From Podarcis bocagei (taxonomy: Eukaryota), in the NCBI GenBank assembly GCA_964188305.1, contig OZ076885.1: a stretch of 64,000 bases of DNA. One strand, given 5' to 3'. Both the position numbers and the translations under genes were made by a program. Under the pieces are notes generated by a model that was not told the origin of the DNA, ran no database searches, and was given only the letters and a program-made list of their open reading frames with translations. The stretch's first letter is position 1; every line of letters begins with the position of its first letter. Shown piece by piece: positions 11,399-23,639 of the stretch.

Positions 11399-13239
11399 GG
11401 GGACTTCCGGGATAGCGCGAACGGGTAATGGCGGATTTCCTCCGAGCTCCGGAGGGAATCGGCTCCGTCGAGGACGGGTCTTGCCGTGCCGGCGACACGG
11501 GGACCCTTAAAAACCGCAGGCGCGGAAGCCTGCGGACTTCGTGACTCGGTGGGCACCTTAAGCGCCCTCCCCGACCCGCGAAGAGCCTTTTTAAAGGCTG
11601 CGGAGTGGACTGGGGGGTGGCGTGGTGCTGAGAGTCCATCGCTACCTCGGCGGAGCGAAGCCGCGAGCCAGGACCGAAGAGCGCTATCTTTCTTCCTGAA
11701 ATTGGACTGGAAAATGAAACCCGTGAGTAGAAGGAAATTTCGGCACTAAAAGACTTTATTTTTGAATTTAAGTACGATCGGGGGGACGTGTTAAAAAGGA
11801 AGTCCACACTCCCCCCCCCCCACTAAAAGATCTAAAGCAAAGAGAGATCACTAGGTCGGAAAAGACGCTGGTGTTTAAATAGATAACTTTCATAAATTGG
11901 ACTAAGAAGTATTTGCGCTGGAGAGGAAGAGAGAGGAATTTCAGAGGTCTTCTTTTTGGGTCGACCCCCCCCCCCTAGACCCGGGAAGTGCCCTGTGTGT
12001 GAGCCCGAGAAAAAGAACAAGGAGTTTGACAGCTGTCAAAAGAGCTATCAAACGGGAGACTAAAGATTGGAACTGTGTTAACAATATCTTTTTGGATTAA
12101 AAGTGCTACATTAAAAGTGAACTGATTGGAAACAAGGTGACTGTGAACAACAAAGTAACGGACTGTTGGAAAGGAATTGATGGAAATCCCCCTGGAGGGA
12201 ACTAAAGACATTGCAATGGCTGCAGAAGGAAAAGTATGGGCGGAGATAGAAAGAATGCTTTGCCTTGTGGGAATTCTACAAGAGCACAGTACTCTTATGA
12301 GTGAACAATTGATGACCTTCAATCTTGAACTAAACAACTCTGTCGATGACACAAAGGGGATGGAAAAAAACTCTGCAGCTGCAGAAGAAAAGATAACCTT
12401 GGAGCTGGGGGAAAAAGAAGAAGAGAGAGGAGAGGAAAAGCAAGTGGAAAAAACCAACCAAGAGCCTGCAACCTTTGGAAACAAGGGAAGTAAAGAAGAT
12501 GACCAGTGGATTACAAATCTGCAGAAGGAGAGAAAGATAAAGGAAGAAGCCCCTGGAATAATTCGAATATTGGATTATAAAAAAACTGACATTTATGATC
12601 GGGACTTCTTCTTTAGGTTGGAGTTTGGGAGATTGATTGATCCTGGCCAGAAATTGCTCTTGGTTGACCTGGAAAGAGGGAAATATGAGGGGTGGATGGT
12701 AGAAGAAGAGAAGGTCAACAAAATGGACTGCCAACAAAACTGGTGGAGAGAGACCAACTGGGGCTTAAGGGCCTCGGATGTGAGAAATCCGGGCTAAAAT
12801 GGTTTCTTTTCTTTAAGGACATTGGTTTGGGAAGGGACGGAAACCGGGGAAGGGGGGAGGGGAGAGTAGAGTAGTGAAAATCTGAGATTTAGAATGGGAA
12901 TATATGATTTTTGGTTTAACATTTTAAGGAGGGAATTTGTGGGAGAGAATTTAGGCCGACTCTAGAGAAAGTACTTAATGTATAAAGCTGGATAAGCAAA
13001 ATTGGGCCAAGAAAAAGTAATAAACTTTAAGAAAAGACAAGAATAACATTTAAGAGACGGGAGAAAATAATTTGCTGAGACAATTAAGGAAATTGGAAGG
13101 TGGAAAGGGGGGTGTGGGGAAGTCAAGGAAAGAAGGGAATGAAAGTAAATTTATGAAATTATACGTGTTTTATTGTGTCTTTCTATGTTTGTATGTCTAT
13201 TAAAATGTGAAAACCCAATAAAAATTTTATAAAAAAAAA
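11399..13239 (+). mobile_element. Apparently full-length non-autonomous L1-like retroelement (~1.84 kb, no ORF2/RT)
   Basis: Starts GGGGACTTCCGG, with a CpG-rich 5' region and an A/G-rich ORF. G-rich tracts in the 3' region, AATAAA at 13217-13222, A-tail to 13239. 15-16-bp TSD TGAAGAAGTGTGCAT(G) at 11384-11398 and 13240-13254. Confidence 0.75.
12180..12797 (+). CDS. Uninterrupted ~193-205-aa ORF in the L1-like element, possibly a degenerate ORF1p (Glu/Lys-rich coiled-coil-like N-half, Trp-rich C-terminus)
   Basis: ORF track 12177-12797, with ATGs at 12180 and in the GCAATGG context (MAAEGKVW...). Located downstream of the CpG-rich 5' region, where L1 ORF1 normally lies. Confidence 0.4.
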   Translation: MEIPLEGTKDIAMAAEGKVWAEIERMLCLVGILQEHSTLMSEQLMTFNLELNNSVDDTKGMEKNSAAAEEKITLELGEKEEERGEEKQVEKTNQEPATFGNKGSKEDDQWITNLQKERKIKEEAPGIIRILDYKKTDIYDRDFFFRLEFGRLIDPGQKLLLVDLERGKYEGWMVEEEKVNKMDCQQNWWRETNWGLRASDVRNPG

Positions 13240-16200
13240 TGAAGAAGTGTGCATGCACACGAAAGCTCATACCAAGAACTAACTTAGTTGGTCTTTAAGG
13301 TGCTACTGGAAGGAATTTTTTTATTTTGACTATGGCAGACCAACACGGCTACCTATCTACTACCTGCACAAGTTGTGAGTCTACTGTACTCAAGTTTGGA
13401 AAATGATTCTAGTATTTAGAATAGCAGAACACAAAACAAAACAGGATCCAATTAGAATGGGCACCAAAATAGTGGATGAAGTTAAAATTGAAGTTCTAAG
13501 TAGCACATGTTATGGCAAGTAATCCTGGACTCATGATTTGTTTGCAAATTACCAGTAACGAGTTACTAGAGACACTTTTCTAGTAGAAAGCTCATTGAGC
13601 ACTTTTGTCTTTGCATTGCGCATTACTGTAACAGACGCTTCGGGTAGAAATAATTAATTGGAATACTATTACGTGAATCTAATGGCCACTCATATTTAGA
13701 ATGTTGTTTGCTTTCTTCTTCTTAATGATTAGAACTGTTGTTAATATACTCTCTTCAGTAGATGTACAGAGGCCAATTAAGTATCAAAGTATCTGTGTAT
13801 GGGTAGGATTATAAACTTCACTGGTTTATGAAAGAGGTTCCCCCCCTCCAGAGTTTTTAATGTACACCATGCAATAAAACTTGCCTTCCACACTTTTATT
13901 TATTCTCTCAACTTGCTTACTATATAGACCATGGAGAAAACATTACCAGCAGGTCCCCTGAATTACAGTGTCTTGTTTTAGTAAATATCTGCCTTAAATA
14001 TTCATAGTCTCAGCTATGAAACTTTCAACCTGTAGCCTTGTTTTGGTTGCTGACTTGGAACTTTAATTGTTTTAAAGATGTTCACCCTGTTTTCTGCTGT
14101 TGGTTGTATTTTGGAGCTGTTCTAAGACCATGAAGTATGCTTTGAGGCTCTGACTAATTCTTAGCTAGCTGAAATCTATAGGGGTCCACAGAGTCTGACT
14201 TACTATTCCCCCTCCCCATAATCTTGCATTGTCCTGGAACTTGGCAGGTAGTAGTTCTGATTGCACGTATTGCTCTGACTGCATGTGTGACATATTTTAC
14301 TATCTAATTTAAATGTTTGCCATCAGTATCCAAGTTGGGAATCTACTGTGTCTAACTGAATAGCTCTTGTTGAGTCATGGATCGTGCGAATGTGGCTGGA
14401 TTCTGGTCAGCTGCTTGCAGTTAACCCCATAAACCACAGTATATGTGGATAGTACACTTGTATATGAAGAGATATCACTCATTCAATAAGCTGCTGTGGC
14501 AAAGAGGTTGCTGCACTGTCGCTTGACAATTCATTAACAGTCATATTTCCATGAAATATTCACTGCATTGTTGCTACTACCCATGCCTAAAACTTATCCT
14601 GGGGTTTGTGTATGCACATGTATAATAAATAGTGAAATGGAATATGAACTCGTCTAAAGGAATGTACTTTGAAGCTTTGAAGGGTTTGTTGGTGCCTGTT
14701 AGTATGATTCATCATTAAAATTCAGTAACCTTTTTACTGACCTAGCTTCTAGGTATAGGTGCTGGCAATAGCCTGACCTCATTCAAACATCACTTGGAAC
14801 ACCATAGTTAACTATGTTTTAAATGTGAATGTACAGTGTGTTCATGCACACTGCTGAAATTATGGAAGCTTCACTCAACTGCTACTGGGAAATGAGCTAC
14901 AATCCAGTTCAGCATTTTGTCTGAATCTCCAAACAAACCGTCATTGGCAAAAGTCTCATACTAGCTTTCCACGAAATAAATCACAAGCCTGGTTTGGACA
15001 CAACACTAAGCCAAACCAGGGCTTGTTTCCCAGCAAGGGTAGGGAATGAGTGAAGCACCGGCAATTTCATACTTCCTGCATGTTCATACTTAAATGACAG
15101 TTTAATTGTAACACTGGTTTAAACTAGACCTGTGTTTTTGAGCCTTTGGCTCAGTGAATAAAACTGTTAATACGAAATCTTCTTTTAACTGGAAAGATCA
15201 TGTTGGAGGACTGATAACTAAATTATAAACTTAGGCTTGCTTCATGGGGAGGTTGCTAAGAAACTGATGAATAGTCTCTAGAGTAACCAGTTATGTGTTG
15301 TCTGGCCAGAGGCATGAGCTTGCTCTCTGAAGACTTTAGCTCTCTTGCTGGCTCATAGCTTACTTCATATCTAAGCACGCACCTAGCTTTGCATGTTTTA
15401 AGTAGCTTTACATATCTTTCTGAAATAGGAACCTCTGTTCCTTAATACTGATTCTGGAGCCTTAGTATTTAATGTTCAGCACTGTTTTTTTATAACATAA
15501 CTTGCAAAATCTAAGAAAAGATCTTGAGTTAAGAGCTAGAAAATGAGATGCTAAATTTAAAAAATTTAAATTTCTGCTAATGCAGAAACTACAGAACTGG
15601 AATAGTGTCTTCTTTTTCCAATAATGCTCAATGCTCAATCCTGCACATGCCACTTTCCTGCTGGAAATGATCCTTCTGATAGTTTTGGAAAAAGAAAGAC
15701 TTTCAGCTGGAAAATGGGATGGAGCACAGTCAATCTTCCTCCCTCTCTCCTCTTGCACCATAGTCTTGATCTGTGAGTGGGGGCTGCTCTGATCCATCAC
15801 TGGGGGGCCCTGTAGAGGAAAATAAACGGGGAATCCAAAGTATGTTCAGGCATGCTATTAAAATGATATTTAGTGGCTCTGTGCATATTGTAGAATCCCA
15901 CTGATTTCAGTGGAGCTTATCAATGTGAGCTTTAGAGTCTGTCCAACTGAACCATGACTTCAACAGACCAGCTAGGTAGATTATATGGTTAAAAGGGAGC
16001 CAAGTCTTTGCCCTGCAGATTGATAACACTCTTGTTCATCTGAGCCCAGGCCTAGAAATCCCTGTGAAAAGCAGACTGTGAGGAGATAAACTACTGCATG
16101 CACACTGGTGTTTTTCTGCAGCAAACAAAAGGAAGGCACACATCTGCTGTGGGACATAGCTGTGTACATGTAATTTGGCTTGCTGTGGGAAGTGCAAAGT

Positions 16201-16416
16201 TGCCTTAATCGTCATCTCTTGTAATTTATTCCCTGTGATCTAGAAATATGTACATTCAGCCCCATATCTCTTCTAAATTATTGTGAGGTTCATCCTGGCT
16301 TTACTTCATCCTGCCAAATACCAATAAACTACTGACTTCAATTGTCCCATCTGCTTGCTTATCCATTGTTTCCCATCCCCTCAGTTAATGTCATCTTTTG
16401 TCCTTTCTGTTTAGAG

Positions 16417-16552
16417 CAGGCTTCCTCAACCTCGGCCCTCCAGATGTTTTGAGACTACAATTCCCATCATCCCTGACCATTGGTCCTTCTAGCTAGGGAT
16501 CATGGGAGTTGTAGGCCAAAAACATCTGGAGGGCCGAGGATGAGGAATCCTG
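16417..16552. mobile_element. hAT-type palindromic MITE (~136 bp)
   Basis: TIR CAGGCTTCCTCAACCTCGGCCCTCCAGATGTTTT / AAAACATCTGGAGGGCCGAGGATGAGGAATCCTG. Same family as 29689, 57246 and 57728. Confidence 0.8.
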
Positions 16553-17944
16553 GTTACCTTATTGGCCCGAATATAAGCCACTAAATTTAGGGACTATTGA
16601 GACATGTTTTAGAGCCTAAATTTATTTATTTATTAGTTCTAGGAGTAAAATGTTGACACTTGCAGTTTGCCAGTATTTTAATTCTTTTGTACATGCATGC
16701 ATGTGGTATTTCAGTTCTGCGTTCTGAATGAAGATGTAACTAAGTTAGAACAGCTTATGGTAACAGTAAATGGCATGCATGTAACTCAATATTCTGGATA
16801 GTTCTGTAACTTACATTGGCAGTAACAGATGGCTTCCTTTTTTAAGGTGCCCTAGTTGGAGGCATTAGATTGAAATGATCTTACAGAATTGTAGAACAAG
16901 ATTTGTTAGATACAGAAACAGTAGATCTCTATTGTTTCATCCCCTGTCCTGCTGTGCTGCTACTGAAGAACTATCAAATGTTCTGTGCTTCTGTGAATAT
17001 ATTACTGTTTGAATGACATGTGGCATTATTTCAGTCCTGCAAAGCATTACAGTATATTAAAACTGGAGTGAATGAAGCCTGGCACTGAACTTTTGTCCCT
17101 AGTAAAGTAGCTAGGAATGGGGGAGAAATTTTTTTGAGTTCACACATCCATCCTTCAAAATTCACCTCTGAATTTTACAATATGATTACCCAGCCAACTA
17201 ATTGTGTACAAAAATGTATGTACTATGGTGCAGTGTAGATAAAACAATATACAGTAAAAGATAATATACAGAGATGTATTGTATTGGGGGAAATTAATAC
17301 AAGTGTGTAGGTTAGGCAAAATTAGCACTAAAATGCTGGTTAATTTTCACGATGAACACATTTTAAATCTTGAACTTATGTGAAAATGAGCTGAATTTAA
17401 GATTGGAAAAATGAAAAACAAATCAACAGTCCCTAAATGTAATGAGTAGCTTAAATATAGTTCTAGACCTCACATGCCAAATCCTTTAAAAAAATTCATT
17501 CGTCTCCAGGCATGATGATACTTTGCTGTCTTAGAGATAACCCATCTCAAGCCTGGAATGAATATTTGCTTTGGGAGATGCACTGTGTGTATATGAATGC
17601 CCTGTCCCAGCTGCACACAGGGTCTTCTGGGCATATCTAGTCTTGGTGATAATGCCTTTTCCACCCTAAGGTTCTTCCATGAGGAACACTGTGGGGAAGG
17701 CTAGCATTTTGTCAGTGAGGAACCAACTATTCCCATAACACATTCTGGATATGGTCTTAGTCAGACCTGGCACTATAACACTGCTTATTCGCTGTATATA
17801 TTGATAAACCGATAGTACCTTTTGATCTCCAGAAGTCTCTGCAGGGAAGCATGGAACTGTATGTTGGAATATGTGTTTTCTTCTCCATTCTCTCCTTTCC
17901 CCAATAACTCTGTAGTCAAGGGAACCCTGGGTTTTGTCAGTATA

Positions 17945-18298
17945 CAGTGGTGCCTCGCAAGACGAAATTAATTCATTCCGCGAGTTTTTTCGTCTAGCGA
18001 ATTTTTCGTCTTGCGAAGCATGGTGTTGGAAAAGTTTTGGAAAAGCTTCAAAAATCACCAAAAACCTCAAAAAAGGCTACCACACCGCGTTCTATGAGTT
18101 GCTCCTCGAAGTCAAGTAGCAACTGTATTAACGGTGTTAAGAAAAAGGAAACAAACTTGCAAAAAACGCAAGACGTTTTCGTCTTGCGAAGCAAGCCCAT
18201 AGGGAAATTCGTCTTGCGAAGCAGCTCAAAAAACGGAAAACCCTTTCGTCTAGTGAGTTTTTCGTCTTGCGAGGCATTCGTCTTGCGGGGCACCACTG
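17945..18298. mobile_element. Tc1/mariner (Tigger-like) MITE
   Basis: TA|CAGTGGTGCCTCGCAAGACGAA...TTCGTCTTGCGGGGCACCACTG|TA, with internal repeats of TTCGTCTTGCGA. Confidence 0.85.
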
Positions 18299-18365
18299 TA
18301 AATTGCTTTCACATTGTGTAATTGCAATGAGTATAATAGCACTGCCTGCTACTGCACAGCTCGCC

Positions 18366-18366
<1 letters not shown>

Positions 18367-18403
<37 letters not shown>
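18367..18403 (+). repeat. (CA)n microsatellite
   Basis: Direct reading. Confidence 0.95.
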
Positions 18404-18405
<2 letters not shown>

Positions 18406-18749
18406 AGTGAAGGTGAGGAAAAGAAAAGTGGTGGGTGTTAGCAGTGGCAAAGCAGCACTGGGGTGTAGCTGTTGGAAAGTTGGCAGGGAGGTCAGTGAGC
18501 TGTTATTACACTGTAGTTTGCAGTGCCACCTGTCAGCAGACATGTGAACTACATGGTGATGACACCCTTAACAATTTTATTCTATATAGTGGGGGACTCT
18601 TCCCCCAGACAAGACACTGCTTGCTGAATTGTCCACCCAATCAAGAAATCTTCCCAGCTTCTCCCTTCTATTCTGTAGACCCATTTTCATCTTCATTCAT
18701 GCCGCCTTCTCCCCCACCTCCTTTTTTTTTTTTTAAACCCTTCTTACAT

Positions 18750-18842
18750 GTAGAGCAGAATTGTGGTTCCAGAATTGGCCTCCACAGTCACTTACAGACT
18801 CATTGTTAAAACCGTGCTTATGGAAGACAATCTTACTTGACA
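18750..18842 (+). mobile_element. RTE-clade LINE extreme 3' fragment
   Basis: Encodes CGSRIGLHSHLQTH. Homologous to 60070-60165. Confidence 0.65.
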
Positions 18843-20199
18843 GCCCTCCTGCTTCAGCAGTTAATAGTCAGAGCAACCCTGGAACTGTCCATTTAAGCTC
18901 TCCACCTTGCTTACCAGGCTCTGGGAAGCATAGGCTCTGGGAGACTCCATCAGGAGACCTTCCCAGAACCTGGTAAGCAAGTCTGAGAGCTCAAAAGCTC
19001 TTTCTGTAGGGGAAAACTTGGTGCATACAGAGCTTTTAATCTGTGCGATGTCAACTGGCCAGCCACCAAGAGTGTGTAAAGCTGTGATCACACAAGTTAA
19101 ATGTGCACATGCTGCAAGTCTCCTGTATGTGGGTGCTAGCTTGTTAATAATAACCTGTGTTTTAAATGACTGAATTGAATCTGGAGCTTCATATTGAAGA
19201 CAATACATAGTAACAGTAGTAAAATAATATTTGGGGGAACTGAGAGGGAAAGGGGGTGGCAGCTGTTAAGGTTTGAGTAGAGCAAGCAGAGGGGAACATT
19301 GAGAGAAAAATGTGGTTTAAAACAAGGTTTGAGTACAGCAAGAAGAGAGTTTAGAATTTGTTGTGCTAGCTTTTTGGAGTTGGCTTCTGTATTGTACCTA
19401 CCTCTGCTATTTCTACTTGCAATTTTCTTGTAAAGCACCCCTCAGTGTTCCTCTCGTTCCAGTCTATTCAAACCCTTCTTGTTGTTTTAAACCACCATTT
19501 CCCTCCTCTCAGCGTTCATCCCTTCTTCCTCCCATGTCACATCCACTACTACTGTGCAACCTTCCTTCTGTTTTGCGCCCCTTCCCCACCCAGACTTCAT
19601 GCAAATGCAGGCTTGTGATGTGGCACTACAAAGATTCCAGCGAGGGCTGTGCAGTGATGAGCAGAGATAGACAAGCTAGAATGGAAATCATTCAAGGGAG
19701 AGGGGAGGCCAATTAAAGTGGACATCTTTTGCATCAGTGTCTGTGTCTTGCTTTCTGTTGCCTGATGGAATACTGTCGCTTGTTTTTAAATTGCCTTACT
19801 CACCAGCATATCAGATTACTTGTATTGAGGTTCTGATGACAATATGTAAACTAAAAGGATTTTGTTTAATTGGTTTTGTTTACTGTAAACATGTTGTAAA
19901 AATTGTCAGTGCTATATAAGCCATTTCAGGCTAAATGAATGACCACTGGTTCTATATCATCTGAGTAGCTGACCCACTGTTTTTTTGTCACAATTCTTTG
20001 CAAAGATAGGAGCGCATGAGATATGAGCATGCAGTGTGATTGGCGTTTCTGTTTGGAAACATTGTGAAGAAGATTGTGTGTGGGCTTGTGTGTGTGCTCA
20101 CACAAACAGTTCATTTGATTTACTAATGGTTTTGTTATTTAAGGCATTAGCATTTCTAAGTGGTGTACATAAAATACAGGGGGTGAAAGGGAAAAAAAT

Positions 20200-20960
20200 C
20201 ATCTAAAAAACCAGATATTACCTTAAAATGCTTCCTGGAAAGGGAAGTCTTTGTCAAGTGCCTGAAGTTAAGGAAGAAGGGTCCCTATCTAATCTCAGTC
20301 GGGAGAGCTTTCCTTAAACTTGGGCCCTACAACGCTAAATGTATGTCTTCTGGCAATTAGGAATCACACATCCGAGCCAAGGGTGACCACCAACAGAGAC
20401 TCCCACTCAGATCTCAGTGATCAGGCAAGAGTATAAGGGAACATGTGGTCTTTATGATATCATGGACCCAAGTTGTTTAGGGCCTAGTAACATGGGCAGC
20501 TAGTACAAGCTTTTATTCACCACAGTTATGTGCTGGCAGTAATCTATCCCCATCAACTGTCTTGTACCAGCTGCAACAACTGAACCAGGTGCAAGGATCC
20601 AGGTGCAAGGGTAGCCAGACATATATGGTAATAATTCAGTCTTGAGATTACTAGTGCGTGAATCATCATGGCCTGACCAAGAATGGCCATAGCTTGTAAA
20701 AGGTGCTGCTAGCCCTGGAGCGCATGGTTCCAGGAGCACTCCCAAAGTATGAAACTGTTACTTCAGAAGGTTATTAAACCCTATCAAGGATGAGCAAAAT
20801 TCCTGGACATGGGGCACACACATCCTGGGGCCTCCACCTTCTCATGCTTAAAACTCAGTTTATTAGTCCTCATCCATTCCACAACTGCATCCAGACATCC
20901 TTCTATCTAGACCATGCCCAGTTTTGAAGAAATTAGCTGTATATCATCCATGTTAACCTC
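20200..20960 (-). mobile_element. Highly degraded L2 LINE fragment
   Basis: Eroded L2 ORF2/3' motifs (GGACCCAAGTTGTTTAGGGCC, TAATTCAGTCTTGAGATTAC). Boundaries approximate. Confidence 0.4.
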
Positions 20961-22445
20961 AAGCAGCAGGGGTTGGTGGAGATGCTGACCAAGGTTTCAG
21001 ATATTTTAAAAAACCTATTCTACTTTGCATAATATATACAAGTGGTATAATTCTTCTTTTCTTGATGGACACACAGCAAGGTAACCTGAACTGAACTTGA
21101 TTCTGTATTTGAGGCATCTGAGAGTTCTTCTGTCCATACACAGATTCCTAATGGTGTCATGTGATGAGGATGCAAATTACCTTGAATGCAGGAATGCATA
21201 TGACACCCCTTTAGTATCGAGCAGAAACAATTCCAAATGAATATTAAAAGAGCTATATCACTGTCTAATTCTGAAGACTGTTGTGTGTAAAATATTGATA
21301 CTGCGCATGTTGGATGAATAAAACCTTGTTTTTAAAGTGTTTAATTCCAAAGGAGAAAATACTTTATATGGGTTTTTTCCCTAGTGTTCCCCAATTTTTC
21401 CATATTTTCTAATGGGGAAAAAAATGATTTTTTCCAATCCTTCACACTTCTTGTGAAGAGCTGAAAACTATTGTGTTGCACTTCCTTCTTCAAAAGTGGA
21501 TCTACTTTATTAACAGGAAAAGAGTTGGTCGTCCTCCCCTCCCCTCACATGTTTTACTACACAGGAATCAGTTTGTCAAACTGGTTTCCTATTGTGGGTC
21601 TGGGAGGTGAGAGTGATGCTGGTGATAATCTCTGGCTAAGATTTAATAAAGTCTGAAAAGGGGGGGGGAGCCCCACTTCTGAAACCTTGATTTAAATTGC
21701 TTTCCTTTCCTAGCCAGTACAGAATTTATGGTGGTTCAGTTTGTCTCTAAGGTTCTCTACACACTTCAGAGTGCAAAACTTGTACATTCAGGACAATTTC
21801 TCCTTCATTCTTCAACTTACATGTGTGTACTGTAATGAGTCGCACATGAGCAAGGCTTTCTCAGCAGCATTGGGTAGCCTCTTCATTGGTTTACTGGGAA
21901 GACGCTTCAGATGTCACCCACCCTAAACTGTGTTTCCTCCCTTCTCTGATAACTGAGAGACTCACTGCTTGTGTGCAAACATGAATTAAACCAGCAGTAT
22001 CAATTAATCACTCTTCCATCGCCAGTATCTTGCTCAGTTGAGCAGAGATGATTCATTCCCCAAAACAAAATGTTAATCTTTGACGATGCATTTATCCATT
22101 TATCATAGGAGTATCTTTCAAAATATGTTCATTGTAATTTCTGACTCAGGACATACTAACTTACGCAAACTTTAAAATCATGAATACTAATAACCTGGTA
22201 GTCTGTTTGGTGATGTTACCTCTTAGCAAAGAGAAATGGCTCTGCTGTGGACACACACGTGTTTCAGGCCAGAGGTTAAGTTTGTAGCTCAATATCTCTC
22301 TAGAATATTTGTTGGGAGCCATTCCAATGAACCACATGGACTTGCACAGTTAGGCATTTTGACACACAACACAATCTAACACACAAGGCATTATTAAACC
22401 TGGCCAGTGTTGTGTTCTATTAACTGGAGAATAAAGTTTTGCAAT

Positions 22446-22688
22446 CAGAGCCGTAGCTAGGTGATGTTGTGCCCCTGGCAGAAGCATCCAGATTGCGCCC
22501 TCCTAGCCATGGACAAATTAGCTCTTCTTTCTGCCTCTCCTCCAACCCCCCACCCCACCCATTCAATTCACCCTCTATTTAAAACCTTTTCTTATGAGGC
22601 AATAATGGATATTTTAATTGACATATTTATGGACATATTTTCGCCGATTTTGGCCCTCCTCACCACCCCTCCCCTAGCTACAGCCCTG
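22446..22688. mobile_element. hAT-like non-autonomous element
   Basis: TIR CAGAGCCGTAGCTAG / CTAGCTACAGCCCTG, with a degenerate 8-bp TSD TTTGCAAT/TTTGCCGT. A second copy lies at ~49755-50001. Confidence 0.65.
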
Positions 22689-23410
22689 TTTGCCGTAGAC
22701 AATGCAAAGCTTGTGTATTTAGGTTGGTAGCTGGAAGCATGTAGAATACCCTGCAAGTCAATAACTTCCTGGCCTAACATGGTGCTATATATGTCAACTA
22801 CATATTTATTTACACCGTTTGTGGCATGCCATTCTACCCATTTGAGACACTCATTGTGGCTTGCAGTCCTAATTATAAAAACTTATTTGCATTAAGGTGA
22901 CTGCTTCAGGCTCAGGTTAATGGGGCCGCATCCTGTGGATCCAGACGATGGTGCAATCAGTTTTTCCTGTTTAGGTGTTGTGGACAAGACCTGAGGAAGT
23001 AGTCAGCCCTGATCAGATATGTCGGCATGTTGTGATGCCAATGTTGCTTACCTGGAAGGTATGAACAGCATTCACATATAAAACAGCTCTAATGACAAGT
23101 TAATAAGGTTGAGCAACTAGATGTGCCATTGTTACTTTTCTGGTAGCGTATAGTCCTTGTACTCCTTCATGTTGCTAGCAGTTACCTAACAAAACAAGTA
23201 TAAAAATGGCAGTTCTGATAATAGATATACAAATCCCTCGCCTTGGTTTAATGGTCAGTATTGTGTGTTGTGAATATTTTTGTGAGTTTCTTGCAGGGTG
23301 GTGAGCTGATACAGACGCTATGCCTGGTATGACTTGGGGGGATTGGTCTCATGAGTGCTCTATGGTTCCCCTTCTGTGAAATTAGAAACCACAACCAGCA
23401 ATTCCACATA

Positions 23411-23582
23411 CAGTGGTACCTCAGGTTACAGACGCTTCAGGTTACAGATGCTTCAGGTTACAGACTCTGCTAACCCAGAAAATAGTACCTTGGGTTAAGA
23501 ACTTTGCTTCAGGAAAATCACGTTGCGGCTGCGGGAGGCCCCATTAGCTAAAGTCTTCAGGCTAAGAACGGACCTCCAGAAC
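23411..23582 (+). mobile_element. Truncated Tigger-like MITE
   Basis: TA|CAGTGGTACCTCAGGTTACAGA with three 16-nt subterminal repeats. No right TIR. Confidence 0.7.
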
Positions 23583-23636
23583 AATTTTCTGCTGTACATA
23601 TATAAAAATTTTAGTTGTCAACCACTCTGGAATTGG

Positions 23637-23639
<3 letters not shown>

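Larger units (their letters stand above)
11260..13362 (+). mobile_element. Penelope-like element remnant 2 (fold-back), split by an L1-like insertion
   Basis: Arms are essentially identical to remnant 1: left 11260-11356, right 11375-11398 resuming at 13255-13327, then the tail to ~13360. 12-bp TSD CCTGCACAAGTT at 11248-11259 and 13363-13374. Confidence 0.8.

Noticed and set aside
11289-12737. Minus-strand ORFs 11289-11807, 11975-12484 and 12330-12737
   Set aside because: They are shadow frames of the GC-rich leader and of the purine-rich + strand ORF. An ORF0-like antisense product cannot be supported from sequence alone.
9463-13330. CRISPR-like repeat array or pre-miRNA interpretation of the repeated palindromes
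   Set aside because: This is a eukaryotic intron with no regularly spaced repeat-spacer structure. The TSDs, tail and hammerhead core fit Penelope-like termini, and a perfect 96-bp stem is unlike a typical miRNA precursor.
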